64,000 nt of DNA from Escherichia phage vB_EcoM_VR25. Shown in pieces: positions 63,801 through 64,000 of the stretch. The DNA is taken from the sequence record NC_028925.1. One strand, written 5' to 3'. Each line of letters begins with the position of its first letter. Positions within the stretch are counted from its first letter, which is position 1. The notes below the pieces were generated by a model. That model saw nothing but the letters and a program-made list of their open reading frames with translations, was not told the DNA's origin and did no database searches. The position numbers were made by a program, and so were the translations under genes.

Positions 63801-64000
63801 AACGCTAAATTCACTGCAACCGTGAGCGGTGCTACTGCATCGTCGAATATGGCCAAAACATCAACAGAAGGTAACCATACTCATACTTGGTCAGGTACTA
63901 CTAGCGCTACGGGTAACCATGCTCATACTGTAGGTATCGGTGCTCACACTCACACTGTAGGTATCGGTGCCCACTCGCATTCAGTAGCGATTGGTTCGCA
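60885..64000 (+). CDS. 37: Long tail fiber distal subunit gp37 (3' end beyond window)
   Basis: Open frame from ATG 60885 to window end; [41 protein letters not shown]... matches remembered T4 gp37; C-terminal His-box region present. Confidence 0.93.
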   Translation, partial: MATLKAIQFKRSKTAGAKPTVDQLVEGELAINLRDRTIYTKTDQNQIIDLGFAKGGQVDGDILQNGTFNLNGNMFVYAGKYIEFLPKTAGNGAWSNQHLNKAPIFADLSSTTSVSEYHPLIKQRYKDGTFSAGTLVNEGSFKFHYIDETGQSKYWTFARSGNFQVDSGNLLVSGGYLVAQNNIETRTGSLIGPSVVTKNISFDTKAFGQYDSQSLVQYVYPGTGEENGINYLRKVRAKSGGTIYHEIASAQTGKNDEISWWNGNTPTTKLMGLRNDGAMVLRRSLAIGTITADENTNNYGSPTPLGERYIALGDAATGLKYIKQGVYDLVGNWNSVASITPDSFRSTRKGLFGRSEDQGTTWIMPGINAALLSVQTQADVNNAGDGQTHIGYNSGGKMSHYFRGKGQTNINTQEGMELNPGILKLVTGANNVQFYADGTISSIQPVKLDNELFLNSSNNTAGLKLGAPSKVDGSRTIQWNAGTRAGQNKSYLTMKAWGNAFDSTAGERETVFELYDGQGYHFYSQRLAPTGSETVGTLQFRISGALRVGGGIISAGSIVTESSLVANNGLSVNGQAKFGGTADALRIWNAEYGAIFRRSEAALHIIPTPKDAGESGGISNLRPLSISLNNGMVQMRHSVTLGDDGAGGNMITVDNDGKLVVVTSHSRISPNYNMQLGQNAYIDIEATEGARPAGWGSFASQNDANVRAPIYMNIDRAATSEYLPIIKQRYVQGDSTYSMGTLISRGDFRIHYHQGNSTTGTDLSWEFRRDGDFRASGKIIAGSVTLDHDGNITGGSGNFANLNSTIESLKTDIVSSYPIGAPIPWPTDTPPAGYALMTGQPFDKSTYPKLAVAYPSGTIPDMRGQTIKGKPSGRAVLSAEADGIKSHNHSASASNTDLGTKTTSSFDYGTKTTSSFDYGTKTSNTTGNHNHTVSGTTAAAGNHQHARSGPQVQGGIPTSVFYDGYNTVGPNGNAKFTATVSGATASSNMAKTSTEGNHTHTWSGTTSATGNHAHTVGIGAHTHTVGIGAHSHSVAIGS
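63579..63650 (+). repeat. Tandem 30-bp direct repeat inside gene 37 (two full copies plus a partial third)
   Basis: GGTACTAAAACCACATCAAGCTTTGATTAT repeated head-to-tail, encoding [10 protein letters not shown] twice; followed at 63927-63978 by a 25-bp direct repeat encoding His-box motifs. Confidence 0.85.

Overview
The window is one contiguous, densely coded segment of a T4-like (Tevenvirinae-type) myovirus genome. It is colinear with phage T4 from the 3' end of gene 17 through most of gene 37. All calls rest on my reading of the six-frame translations, remembered T4 protein sequences and gene order, and sequence motifs; no database search was run and no identity percentages were computed.

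Gene order, left to right:
- Plus strand, late structural block: 17 (3' end), 18, 19, 20, 67, 68, 21, 22, 23, then two tandem gene-24 paralogs.
- Minus strand: rnlB and two small genes, then canonical hoc and inh further on.
- Plus strand: a two-gene cassette (collagen-like protein plus a second Hoc-type protein) lying between the 24.3-position gene and hoc, then uvsW and uvsW.1.
- Minus strand: uvsY, 25, 26.
- Plus strand: 51, 27, 28, 29, 48, 54.
- Minus strand, long early/middle block: alt, 30 (DNA ligase), a 30.x accessory cluster (HAD-like and NADAR-like proteins among them), rIII, 31, cd, small cd.x genes, pseT, spanins, alc, rnlA, denA, nrdB, nrdA, td, frd, small frd.x genes, 32, 59, 33, dsbA, rnh. 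A plus-strand HNH homing-endonuclease gene is inserted just before pseT.
- Plus strand: long tail fiber genes 34, 35, 36 and 37 (runs off the window end).

Regulatory signals are readable directly: T4 late-promoter boxes (TATAAATA) upstream of late genes on both strands, TTTACA-17-TA(T/C)AAT early-type and MotA-box-like middle-type promoters on the minus strand, and GC-stem/T-run terminators at gene-block boundaries. No tRNA, rRNA or CRISPR array was found.

The most interesting region is 13348-15801, the plus-strand cassette in an accessory slot where T4 (from memory) runs 24.3 straight into hoc. It encodes a long Gly-X-Y collagen-like protein with an aromatic globular insert and a C-terminal globular domain, followed by a second protein carrying the Hoc capsid-binding C-terminal domain. 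Other notable points are the tandem gp24 paralogs, a NADAR-like ADP-ribose-processing candidate next to a HAD-like hydrolase, the free-standing HNH gene with its own late promoter overlapping the pseT 3' end, small paralog families, and tandem 30-bp repeats in gene 37.
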